NCBI RefSeq assembly: GCF_001194135.2
Contig: NC_068983.1
Span: 109,980,986 to 110,034,096, forward strand
Direction of reading: 5' to 3'
DNA length: 53,111 nt
DNA from: Octopus bimaculoides
Lineage: Eukaryota
Under the pieces are notes generated by a model. The model was not told where the DNA came from. It searched no databases and saw nothing but the letters and a program-made list of their open reading frames with translations. Of the stretch, positions 1 through 11,011 are shown piece after piece. Made by a program: the position numbers and the translations under genes. Within the stretch, counting starts at the first letter, position 1. Every line of letters starts with the position of its first letter.

Positions 1-26
1 ATATATATATATATATATATATAATC

Positions 27-157
27 TATTCTACTAAAGACGCAAGGCCTGAAATTCGGGGTCAGGAGGCTAGTCGATTACATCGACCCCTGTATTTCAC
101 TAGTACTTAATTTATCGACCCTGAAAGAATGAAAGGCAAAGTCGATCTCGGCGGAAG
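27..157 (-). mobile_element. tRNA-derived SINE family A, partial copy
   Basis: Shares AGTCGATTACATCGACCCC...TTTATCGACCC.GAAAG.ATGAAAGGCAAAGTCGA.CTCGGCGGAA with the copies at 14789, 33312 and (reverse complement) 22701 and 46287. Confidence 0.85.
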
Positions 158-420
158 ATATATATGTGTATATACATAATAAAAGGAGGAAAATGCACAC
201 AATCTATATTTTGTTAATATATTTTAACGAATAGAATATTATGATAGTCGACCGATTTTGCGTTTGCACTGTATACTTCAGTATCAGGTCATACAGAAGT
301 AGGATGGGATCTTTGTGATTTGACGGGCAACACTTGTTTTCTTAACGAAACACTTTCAAACTTGGGACACTGGTAGAATGTGTCATACAAAACAACTTTT
401 TCTCTTAGCCTTCTTAACAA

Positions 421-1125
421 AAAATGTACATCGCAAGTTATTTCATGTTAAAGGTGTCGTATTTCTGTAATTTCAACCAATCACTGACGTCTATTCAGCT
501 GAATACAGTCAGTGCCTGCCGGTCAAAAAAAATGTTATTCCCTGTGACATATTTCATCCGGTTTAATTGTAATTTATACGCATATATTGTTTATGTAATA
601 AATTACGCTGTGCGTATCTGTGTGTGTAGATTTTTNNNNNNNNNNNNNNNNNNNNNNNNNNNNNNNNNNNNNNNNNNNNNNNNNNNNNNNNNNNNNNNNN
701 NNNNNNNNNNNNNNNNNNNNNNNNNNNNNNNNNNNNNNNNNNNNNNNNNNNNNNNNNNNNNNNNAACCTCACTCATAACCCTAACCCTAACCCCAACCCT
801 AACCCTAAAACCCCAACCCTAACCTAGAGTTTGATTTGAAGAAGATTTGGCTGCTATTTCTAGGAAATGAAGCATTTGGTCGAGGTGCATTAATAAGTCT
901 GGTAGCTCCAATAACAAGTGCAGGCAATATTCAAGTATTTTGATGGCTTTTTCCCCTTTGTTTACGAACAGTCTAGTTAATCGGAAATGTCAGAACCAAC
1001 CGGGATTAATACCATATACACCGTCACAGCAGTTACTGTATTCAACTGAATAGACGTCAGTGATTAGTTGAAATTATCGAAATAAGACAATTTTTAACGT
1101 GAAATAACTTCGAATACAAAATTTA
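421..1125. mobile_element. Fold-back/MITE-like element with ~75-90 bp inverted arms
   Basis: 435-509 (aagttatttcatgttaaa...gacgtctattcagctgaatacagt) is the reverse complement of 1035-1110 (actgtattcaactgaatagacgtc...gaaataactt) with scattered mismatches. The interior holds an N-gap and (CCCTAA)-like repeats. Confidence 0.7.
765..823 (+). repeat. Degenerate telomere-like (CCCTAA)n array, interstitial
   Basis: taaccctaaccctaaccccaaccctaaccctaaaaccccaaccctaacc directly after the gap at 636-764. Confidence 0.8.
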
Positions 1126-1203
1126 TTATCTGTTCTATACCACAAAATATACAAGTATACGAAGTTTGAAAGTGTTTCGGTACCAAAAACACTACGTAAA
1201 AAA

Positions 1204-3470
1204 ATGTTGTCCGTCAAATCACAAAGGTCCGTAAGATGTTTTATATATATACTACAACCGCGTTCCAGATCCAATACAACAGAAGTTCCTAATGAACCTA
1301 CAAAACACATAGACCCTAAAATTATGAATTTATCAAATAGAGACCTTAGCGAAAATGAAATGAGGTTCTTACTAAAAGGTTTCAAATTTACTCCGACACC
1401 CACTCCGAATCTCATAGAACTGAAAACCGATATTGAGAACTTCAATCGTCACCTCCGTCTTATAGAATTTTTCGACAACAAGAAAGTAGGGGACGAATCA
1501 ATCGTAAGAAAAAAAAATCAGTTCATCCTTTACAAGGAAAGCAATAAACACCTAGATACATATATAGAAACAATCTCGAATTTCCCTCTCAGTACCCATA
1601 AATGCAAACAGAACCTTCATGAAGGAAAAAAGGAAGCTTTACAAATACTAAAGAACGACAATTCAATCATCCTAACGGAAGCCGACAGGGGTGGAGCGAT
1701 AGTAATCATGGACACAGACTACTACGGAGAAAAAATAATAGAAATTTTAACAGATCAAATAGGCTATAAGGAAGAATTAATTCACCCGGAAAAAACAACA
1801 CTGAATAAAATTAGAACATTAATTAACGAAAAACAGTATTCCTTCACATATAAAGAAAAGGACTACCTATGTAACTCCATAATCAGAGAGCAATTTCTAC
1901 GGATTGCCCCAAATCCACAAAAGTTCCGATATACAGAGGGCCATAAATGAATAGAGGAGTCAATACGTAAAAAATACAAAAACCCACAGACCTCAAAATG
2001 AGACCGGTTGTTTCTGGGCCCCAAACCCAACACAACAACTGATTCGCGTCTTATACATACTCCTCAAACCCTTATGTCCATTAATACCTAGTTATATACG
2101 GGATAACATGGACTTTCTCAAACGCATCCCGACTACTGACGTCACTAACCAACATGCCGCATACCTTAGGCCTGGGTAGAGAAATACAGGACGTATAGAT
2201 GAACGTTTCAAAATAGCCTTCATTACCAAAACCACTCGTCTAGTACTAGAAGAAAATACCTTCAGATTTGATAAGATATGCGACAGGTAAAGGGCACGAC
2301 TATGGGTACGAAATTTGCATCCTCATATGCCAACCTAGTTATGGGTTACCTAGAAGGTAGATTTTACGAAGAAGTAGGAAAAACCTTTGATCACAACTTC
2401 AAGGAAAACATCATGAAGAAGTGGAAGCGTTACCTCGTGACTGCTTCATTTTTTGGAATAGACCAAAGTAAGACCTACACACATTTCACAACACACTGCA
2501 CCCATCTATAAAATTAACAGAAACCAGCTACAATGTCTACCATTCCCAGATATTCACATCAAAATACATAACTCCACTGTCACAATAGACATATTTAGCA
2601 AAAAAAACAGATACCCACCATTATTTAAATTTCTACTGTTGCCACCCCTCATACAACAAAAGGAACATTCCATACAGTATGGCAAGACGCATCTGTACCA
2701 TAGTAACTGAACAACAAATACGCCAAATTAGACTTCATGAACTCAAAAGCTTCTTACAAGAACAAAATTACCCTGTCGAACTTATAAATAACGGAATCAC
2801 GAAAGCAATGGAATTAGACATCACAAAACATAGGACTCCAAAAGAAAAAAAGCAAGGAACCTACTATTCCATTTATTAACACAAACAACACTGGAATAAC
2901 CAATATTTTCCACGTTATACACTCAAATCTACCAATACTCATATGGAGCCCTAAAATGAGAAAACTGGTAGACAAAAGCTATCTGTGAAATAGTAAACGC
3001 CGGGAAAAAACCTTGAAAAACAACTTACAAGAGCAAAATTCACATCAGAGAGTGAAACAGAATTCTCCGTAAAGGAATATAGACAGAAGATGTGGAATAT
3101 ACAACAACAACAACTACAAATATATAGACGAGGACACCCACTTAAAATTTGAAGAATGGATTCTTATTCAAAGTAAATACAAATAAGAACTGCAAGACCA
3201 AAACCTCATATACTGCATAACTTGCCCCAAATACAAGGAGAATCATATTGGCGAAAACAATAATTCCCTTTGCCAACGCGCAAGACTCCACAGACAACAC
3301 ATTCGACAAGAGGAGCTACGGAAAATTCCACTTAGCAAACATTTGGAAATATGTGGAAACGGAAAATTCAAAATCTTCCCCTTCTACGAATGCTTAAGGA
3401 ACGACCCAAACTTCCGAAAAACAATGGAGCTACACTTCATAAAGAAGTTCGCACCAAAATTAAACGCTTG
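1204..3470 (+). mobile_element. Penelope-like retroelement 1, near full-length but frameshifted (RT + GIY-YIG)
   Basis: N-terminal NLSNRDLSENEMRFLLKGFKFTPTP and ADRGGAIVIMD; FYGLPKIHK and KMRPVVSGP; QVKGTTMGTKFASSYANLVMGYLE; thumb PYSMARRICTIV; endonuclease NLIYCITC...HIGE...RLHRQHI...HLEICG...MELHFIKKFAPKLN. Several frameshifts and stops. Confidence 0.92.
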
Positions 3471-4059
3471 GAAAAAAGGAAACATTTGGAAATATGTGAA
3501 GGAAAATTCAAAGTTCCGAAATATAACGGAACTATACTTCGCAAAAAAAAAGTCCTCAACAAAAATTAACATAACTATATATTTGTTTGAAATTCTACCT
3601 ATGAGAATTCTATATGAATTTGATTGCATATATGTTAAAGATGATCTCAAACCATTGTTAGAACCGTTTTACCACATTGTTGTTGGACCTTGCAAAACAC
3701 TCCAGATTCCGAAATTCTATGAGAACCGCTGCTTTTCCTCTTCTGCACTTGGATCTCTTTCTCCTTTAGAAAATTCTAGATTGCAGCTTTAAAATTTATT
3801 CAAAACACAACAGCCAAGCAGGAATAGATGAATTTGGAAATATAATTGTGACAGCATTGTGTATTGATTTTTAAAAGAATTCCTTTTTGCCGTCTGAAGG
3901 ACAAATACTAGGACAAAATTCAAAGGTTGTGGCTAAAATGACCAAACCTTTTCAAGTTTATTTTACCACAGAGGTGAATCTTTAATTATATTAATAATTT
4001 TTCAAAAAATCATGTGTACTTACGTATGTGGTGCGTGTACGTATACCCAAATATGAACA

Positions 4060-4415
4060 TGTTATGTATTCCGATAAGATAATGAAGGGTGAGAACTTAC
4101 CCTATATTTTCCGAAGGTGGCGAGATAAACGTTTGTCAACGACTGTTTGGCAGAACTAAAATAACGTTGGTATGAATAACCAAAGATATATATACAGGAA
4201 GTTAGCATAATACGAGACAGGTAACCTCGTTCACTTCCTGTTAGTGAGCAGAACGAGACGGAGCTGCATACGGGTCGGACCGTTCACCACCTACCTTGAA
4301 ACAATTGAGACGGGACATAATCTCCATATATGAACACCTCCCTGTTTGAATACTTTGTTGTTACGATCAGAAGTTTGCCCATTTTCTTACATTATTAATT
4401 TGTCTGATCGTAACA
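4060..4415 (+). mobile_element. Probable 5' LTR of a Gypsy/Gmr1-like element
   Basis: TGTTA at 4060 and TAACA at 4411-4415, 3 nt upstream of the PBS. The left boundary is inferred from TG..CA termini only; no second LTR is present in the window. Confidence 0.6.
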
Positions 4416-4418
4416 AAT

Positions 4419-4436
4419 TGGGGGCTCGTCCGGGAT
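4419..4436 (+). promoter_or_regulatory. Primer-binding site complementary to the tRNA-Pro 3' end
   Basis: TGGGGGCTCGTCCGGGAT, an 18-nt complement of the eukaryotic tRNA-Pro 3' end (ATCCCGGACGAGCCCCCA), between the LTR end and gag. Confidence 0.92.
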
Positions 4437-4618
4437 CTGAACTCTCGCAAACACATTATAAAACAACTTTACAATTCACCTATGAACTGATCGATTTGAG
4501 TTTTAAAAAATTTTAAAAAAAGGCTATATACAAAAATTTCCACTGCTAAAATACACATATTACCTGCATAATTTTGTATCAACATTCGAAATTCTTCTAG
4601 TGAAACCAGTAATTAATC

Positions 4619-5773
4619 ATGGAATTTAAGGTTGAAGAATTTATTGAATTTCCCAATGTGGAGCAATTGAGGATCTTTTAAAAATCAGAATTGTTGTTAT
4701 TGGTCAAGCATTACGATCTGGCGGAGGCTAAGTCTACCATGAAAAAGAAAGAGCTTTTCAAAATGGTTTTGGAACATTTAGTTGAAGAAATTTTCGAAGA
4801 TTCGGCATTGTCATTGTTGAAATCAGAGAAACCAGATGCGTTTGAGTTGAAATTAGAATTTCGAAAAGCAATAAGGGAAATGGAAATTCAAAAAGAATTA
4901 AAATTGAAAGAAATGGAGTTACAGAGTAGAAAGTTGGACACTACTCGTGGTCAGACAGATTTCGATGTAGCGAAAAATATTAGACTTGTGCCTCCATTTA
5001 GTGAAGAAGATATTGATAAATTTTTGCTTCATTTTGAAAAGGTGGCAATAAATTCAATGCCTGTAGAGCATTGGACAATGTTAATACAAAGTGTTTTAAA
5101 AGGCAGGGCTCAGGAAGTCTATTCAGCTTTATCGAACGAAGCAAGTTTGAGTTACGAGGTGGTCAAACAGGCTATTGTAAAAGCGTATGAACTGGTCCCT
5201 GACGCATATAGACAAAAATTCAGGCAGTCCAAGAAAAGAAGTGAGGATACCTATGCAGAATTTGCTACAGAGAAGGAAAATTTGTTTGATAGGTGGTGTG
5301 TGTCAAAAGAAGTTGGGGAAGATTTTCACAAATTGAGGCAGCTTATATTATTAGAAGAATTCAAACAGTGTGTTCATATTGATATTAAGACTTATTTGGA
5401 AGAACAGAGAGTGGAACAGTTACAAGAAGCAGCTAGTTTAGCAGAGGATTACTCTATTACTCACAAACATGAGTTCAAGCTGTATGGTTATTGTCATCCG
5501 GATAATTTCGAGGTAGGTCGGACATGTAAAATAATTTATTCAGCTCGGTCAGGTTCGAATCCTAACAAGTCCAGTGGTTCAGAGTTTAGAAAGTTAACCA
5601 GTCCTTTTGTTTCTAAATCTGATTCAAATTTTCATTCAACAATTATTTGTAGATATTGTAGAAAGTCAGGCCATTTGATTTCTGAGTGTAAAAAGCTCAA
5701 GTTAAAAAATCAGTCACAACCCTTTCCACACGCTTTTGTGAATATCAAGTCTCAGCCTATTTCCGTCTTATAG
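4619..5773 (+). pseudogene. gag: Gypsy (Gmr1-like) Gag with SCAN-like capsid region and CCHC knuckle; one early nonsense codon; pol missing
   Basis: ATG at 4619 is in frame with the 360-aa ORF, with a single TAA at 4679-4681. Motifs FDVAKNIRLVPPF.E.DIDKF..HFEKVA, YELVPDAYRQKFR, LILLEEFK and CRYCRKSGHLISEC. Confidence 0.88.
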
Positions 5774-5847
5774 AATTTTTCCGTCTTATAGAATTTTTCG
5801 ACAACAAGAAAGTAGGGGACGAATCAATCGTAAGAAAAAAAAATCAG
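5762..5847 (+). repeat. Local duplication of PLE1 sequence at the Gypsy truncation point
   Basis: 5780-5847 is identical (68/68, read by eye) to 1454-1521 and is preceded by an 18-19 nt tandem copy of its own 5' end (5762-5779). Confidence 0.9.
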
Positions 5848-5880
5848 AAGACTTTAAATTTTAAAATGCTTATTTTTCTG

Positions 5881-6128
5881 CGACTAAAAATTCTTCAAGG
5901 CGGTGTCCCAGCATGGCCGCAGTCTAGTAAGTGCAACAAGTAAAAATAAAGAAAATTCTTGCGTCGATAGATGCGACTAAAAGTTCTTCAAGGTGTTGCC
6001 CCAGCATGGCCGCAGTCTAATAACTGCAACAAATAATAATAAAATATTCTGGCGTTGATACGTTAAACTAAAAATTCTTCAAGCCGGTGCCCCAGCATGG
6101 CCACAGTCGAATGACTGAAACAAGTAAA
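5881..6128 (+). repeat. Three tandem ~90 bp copies of a SINE/LINE 3'-tail-like motif
   Basis: Unit ACTAAAAATTCTTCAAGG...CCCAGCATGGCCGCAGTC....ACTG.AACAA.TAAAA starts near 5881, 5974 and 6066 with divergence between copies. Confidence 0.75.
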
Positions 6129-6231
6129 AGGTGAAAAAAGAAAAACAAAAACGAAAAATATAACCTTACGGCTTTTCTCCTCTTTCACACTTTAACTATG
6201 GGGCTTTGTCCTAGTGGGCTTTTGTCCTACA

Positions 6232-7573
6232 CTCATATGAGGAAATTTTCAATGGTCACGCACCATGTTACAGTCAAGTACTCGCTGCTAGCGGCTTTTC
6301 CCAAAAAATAGAATACATCCATAACATCAGGTTCAAACAATATATATCTCAAATCACATCTCGAAGACGCACCAACTATCACAATCGCAACCAACCACAC
6401 ACACTCGTTGATAGAACCCTGGAAGATCTTACACCTAGGCAATCTAGACCCCCCCCACACACACACACATAAAAACCTAAAACAATTAACAACAACAAGC
6501 CTTGCCACCCACCTCCATTCTCCAGAAATATAGATAGCACTCCTTTATCTCAAAACATAGATAACACTACTCCCAGACACCCCCAAAAAAGCGGCGGACG
6601 CTCTAGTCTGTGGTACACACACCCCTTCTCACTTAACGTTAAGAACTTAGCTAAATCCTTCTTTAAAATATTAGACTCTAACTTCCCTCGGCAACATAAA
6701 TATCATTCTATCTTTCATAGATCCACCCTGAAACTATCCTATTTTGCCCTACCCAACTTCGAATCTATTGTTGCAGCCTCTAATAAATAAAAGCTTTCTC
6801 TTTACTATCAAAACTCACATAATTACAACTCTAGTCATACGAACGCTCAACACACACACAGCTCCAGCACAGAGACCCTTACATTAGACCACAGCAACAA
6901 CCCAACCCATCCTACTGATACTACCCAGAACACCACCACAATCTTTACCACTCCTACAAATAGTACAATTAATAACAACAATAGTAATAATAACAATGAT
7001 GGTAATGGTAACGTTAATAAAACTAATAATTTAGACCTTTCTATCCCCTTCTCTAACCTCTCCTCTGACAATAATACTTCCTCCATTCCTGTTAACTATC
7101 CCCAAAATTCACCCAATTGTAATTGCCGTCCTGGAACCATCTGCCCGTTACAAACCTATTGCAGAAGATATAATGTAACTTACAAATGCACTGTCCTTAA
7201 TCTATTACACAACTCTACAGCCAAATATTTTAAGCAACGATATGCCGCTCACCTCCATTCTTTTAGATACGATAAACATAGTAAATCTACAACACTCGCC
7301 AACCACATACATCATCTCAAAAATATAAATATACCCTATACTTTACCATGGTCCATACTGGATTCAGGGCTTCTCTACCGAGGTCAACGCTCAATCTGCA
7401 AACTTTGCCTGAAGGAGGCGCTTTACATATTTGAGTACAACTCTCCAACACTGCTAATTAAACATAACGAGGCACTAAGCACATGCAACCAACGCTTTTT
7501 TCACACATTCAAATTCTACCACAAATCCAAATGCCTAAACGACCATACAGTATATTTCCACAAAACACCTTAG
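6232..7573 (+). mobile_element. Penelope-like retroelement 2, 5'-truncated (thumb, linker, GIY-YIG region)
   Basis: YEEIFNGHAPCYSQVLAASGFSQKIEY; LWYTHPFSLNVKNLAKSFFKILDSNFP...LKLSY; an open frame at 6791-7573 with no start codon encodes CNCR..TICPL...FKQRYAAHLHSF...STTLANHIHHLK...WSIL...CKLCLKEALYI. Confidence 0.9.
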
Positions 7574-7689
7574 GTAATCACAATAACCTCATATTCTAAA
7601 TTTTAACTCCTAACCCTTATCTAATTCCTCTTTCCTACTTGAATATCACAATCATTTAATTATATTTGTATATATATATACGTACGTAC

Positions 7690-7935
7690 GTACGTATGTA
7701 TGTATGTATGTATGTATGTATGTATGTATGTATGTATGTATGTATGTATGTATTTATTTATGTATGTATGTATGCAAGGTGTATGTACGTGCGTGTGCTG
7801 GGGTGATAATACATAGAGATACACGCACACATGTGTGTGCGTATATAAATATATACGTATGTGTATGTGTTATGTATGTGTATGGGTGTATATGGGTATG
7901 TATGGGTATATATATATGTGTGTGTGCGTGTATAT
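7690..7935. repeat. (TATG)n and mixed TA/TG microsatellites
   Basis: Direct reading; source of the MYVC-type ORFs. Confidence 0.9.
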
Positions 7936-7979
7936 ATATATGTTTTTCTCCGTGTTTTTCTCCTCGTTTTTCTCCTTAT

Positions 7980-8016
7980 TCTTTCTGTTGAAGAGCGTAG
8001 CTCGAAACGTTAAAGA
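7980..8016 (+). ncRNA. Minimal type I hammerhead ribozyme-like motif (A6U core variant)
   Basis: TCTTT-CTGTTGA-A-GAGC-GTA-GCTC-GAAA-CGT-T-AAAGA: 5-bp stem I, 4-bp stem II, ACGT palindromic stem III, GUU triplet. Confidence 0.7.
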
Positions 8017-9234
8017 CTTTCTCTATTCCCGAGCGTTAAACTAATACATCCTTTTGCTGTTTACACCACCTGTCCTCGTCTGTTGTTGTTTTTTTTTTTT
8101 GTAAATTCTCCCATATACATATACGTGTGTATGTATGCTTTTGCATGCATTATGTACAAGTCTGTATACGTATGTAGGTGTATATGTATATATATGTATA
8201 TACACGCGTATATATGTGTATGCATGTATACGTGTGTTGCGTGTGTATATGTATGCATTTAAAGGAATACAAGCGAGTATATGTGAATTTATGTGATTCA
8301 AAATATAGATATTTTATATAAGCACGGATTTATATATCTGTATGTGTGGATATTGATATATTTACACATACCTACCTCTGCATGTGTACGTGTATATGCG
8401 TGTGTGCGTGTATATATGTGTACACCCACATACAATTATACGCATGTGCAAGCCTACATGCATGCCTCTATGTATGCAAGAATTTTTATATATGTAAAAA
8501 TTAGATACAAATGAGTGTGTATATACCGGGATCCATGTAACATACATGAGTTTTGTATGCGTATGTATGTGTTGATGTTTGTAAATGTCTATATACATGT
8601 TTAATATATGCATGTGTATACATCTTCACATATATATATTCTTCTATTACTAACCACTGACCTGTCCTCTAAGCAACCTAACCTATATTCCCAAAGTTTT
8701 CATTCCACCATTTTACTACCCCTATTCCCCTCTCTCTGCCCTTCACTTAGGCTCTATCACTACATACCTCACACTCTTTTACTCTTTACCCTCTCATCTC
8801 TTTAGACCCCCATATCTTTCTCTCTCTTTCAGCCTCACCTCCTCATTTCTTATATCAATTTATCCTGACTGAACACTAGCCAGTACACTTTCCCTCTCTT
8901 CAATTCTTTATTATCTCTCTCCCCGCTTTTCTTTTTCTTTTTTCTCTCTTCCTGTTTTTGATTTGATCTTACAAACACATTCCCAACCTTTAAGTCACTT
9001 CAAAAAACCTTCGATCCATTAACACAGTTTACAAACTCTATGCTTGGAATGACCAATTTTAAATACTATTGGAACTTACACACAAGGTACAGGAAATTTA
9101 TATGTATACCATTCTGCTTAAATAATGGAACTGCAGATACAATATCCCTGCATATTTTACGTCTGTTTTCATTCCTCCAATTCACTCTCTATTTCATATC
9201 TTCTCTAAAATAACTATTACCATTTCATCGCACC

Positions 9235-9282
9235 GTCTCCGATGAAGGGATTTATAAAATATCCCGGAAACAGCTGTAAGAC
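9235..9282 (+). ncRNA. Type I hammerhead ribozyme-like motif (U4C core variant), probably at the PLE2 3' end
   Basis: GTCT-CCGATGA-A-GGGAT..ATCCC-G-GAAA-C-AGCT-G-T-A-AGAC: stem I GTCT/AGAC, stem II GGGAT/ATCCC, palindromic AGCT loop, GUA triplet. Confidence 0.72.
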
Positions 9283-10917
9283 CTTTTTATAAATGTTCTG
9301 AAATATTTCACAGCCTTGGATTTTTATCTCGTTTTGTTAATATATATATNNNNNNNNNNNNNNNNNNNNNNNNNNNNNNNNNNNNNNNNNNNNNNNNNNN
9401 NNNNNNNNNNNNNNNNNNNNNNNNNNNNNNNNNNNNNNNNNNNNTATATATATATATATATATCTGCTATGCTTTTCACGCACCGTTCCAATATATAACA
9501 GGCTTACAAAGACAACATGGTTGACTGAAGATAACCAGATTTATTATCCCAAAATGGAAACAATAGTTTATCTTAACAAAAATGATTGTGTTTTAAATAA
9601 AATATGTTTATGATCACACTCGATGTAAAGGATTTGCGAATATCAGTTTGCAAAGTGTGTTAGTGAACAGAGTTTGGAACACCAAAATCATACATTTCGT
9701 TGTCTAAAATGAGTTGTTTTTGTATTTACCTGTATATTGAATTGTATTCGGCAGTCTAATGATATTATGTCACTTGAAAATAGGAATTTTTTTGAAGTTT
9801 TGAATATGCAATAAAGAATGTGTATAGGATTCTGATTTAAATCGCTGGAAACTGAAATGAGACAATCGAAGACAACGTTTAAGAATCAAAAGCATTCGGT
9901 TCCTTTCACTAGTCTCGGTGGCCATCAAAAGATAATGGTCGTTGCTATTCCCCCTCTGACTATGCCATTAAAAAAATGTATATAAATCAATTAAGACATT
10001 TTCATTTGAAATTTGCTACTTTTACGAAAGCTGTATGTGAAGATCACGAAATGTAGCTGTTAAAGAAAAGTGATACTGAAGCTCCATTATGAAGGTGATG
10101 TAATTGAGAATCCTGTAATTGAAATTTGTAGAAATTAAAAGCCATTCAAGTGAACAGGAAACCTTTGTTCTATAGCTTTTAGACATGTCTCATTGTTGGT
10201 TAGTCCTTCGGTTGTTTAGTTAGTGCAGTCGATTGTTGCGTTGGCCATGCTGGAGCATGAGATGATGAAAGTAATTTAGTGAATGCCTGGTGTTTAAAAC
10301 GTTTTGTAGCATCGAAAGAGTTCTGTAGATGAATTCTATAATGGAGCATTGTTTAGTTGAGAGAAAAATGAAACGCTAGATAAATGACAAAGTTTCTGTT
10401 TGAGAATATTGTCATTCTCTTGTTTCCTCTTTCTCAAAATGGAAACGATAACTATAACGCGCTGAAGTAATCCGTGTACACAAATGACACCATCTTTTAT
10501 TGTTTGATATTGGATATATATGAGATGCTCTTAACGAAAAAGTCTTATCAATATCCCATAATTCTAATTTGATTAGTCAAAATTAGCTGATACATTCTTC
10601 ATTATGTTCCGTATATTTTGATTATTGTGTATAAATGTGTACAAATTGAACTCTTAATTTTTGAAAGCTAATACCCATTGTCACTTAATTTTTATTATCA
10701 AATTTAAACTTCCATCCATCGTTACATGCTTTCTACTCTTATTTCATCTTAAAAACATAATGTCAAAGACAAAAGTCATCTACAACATTGAATTGTGAGA
10801 GACTATGGACTCTGAATTCCCAATGTTCCCTACACTATAGTCAGTTACATTTTGATGTAAACTACTTCATGCATTTCTTGAGTCAACTACATAACATGAC
10901 TAATGTATCTTGTTTAC

Positions 10918-11011
10918 CTTATATTCTGTATGACTATTGACAGAGGTGTCCGAATTGTACAATATTTTATAAATTCGGCATGAAGTATAGGACGATAATG
11001 AATGAACAAAG
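10918..11011 (-). CDS. Possible internal exon of an unidentified gene
   Basis: AG at 11013-11012 and GTAAA donor at 10917; open frame LFIHYRPILHAEFIKYCTIRTPLSIVIQNI. The acceptor is weak and a second frame is also open. Confidence 0.2.

Noticed and set aside
5881-6128. CRISPR-like repeat-spacer array
   Set aside because: The units are similar along their whole length with no unique spacers, the context is eukaryotic and there are no cas genes.
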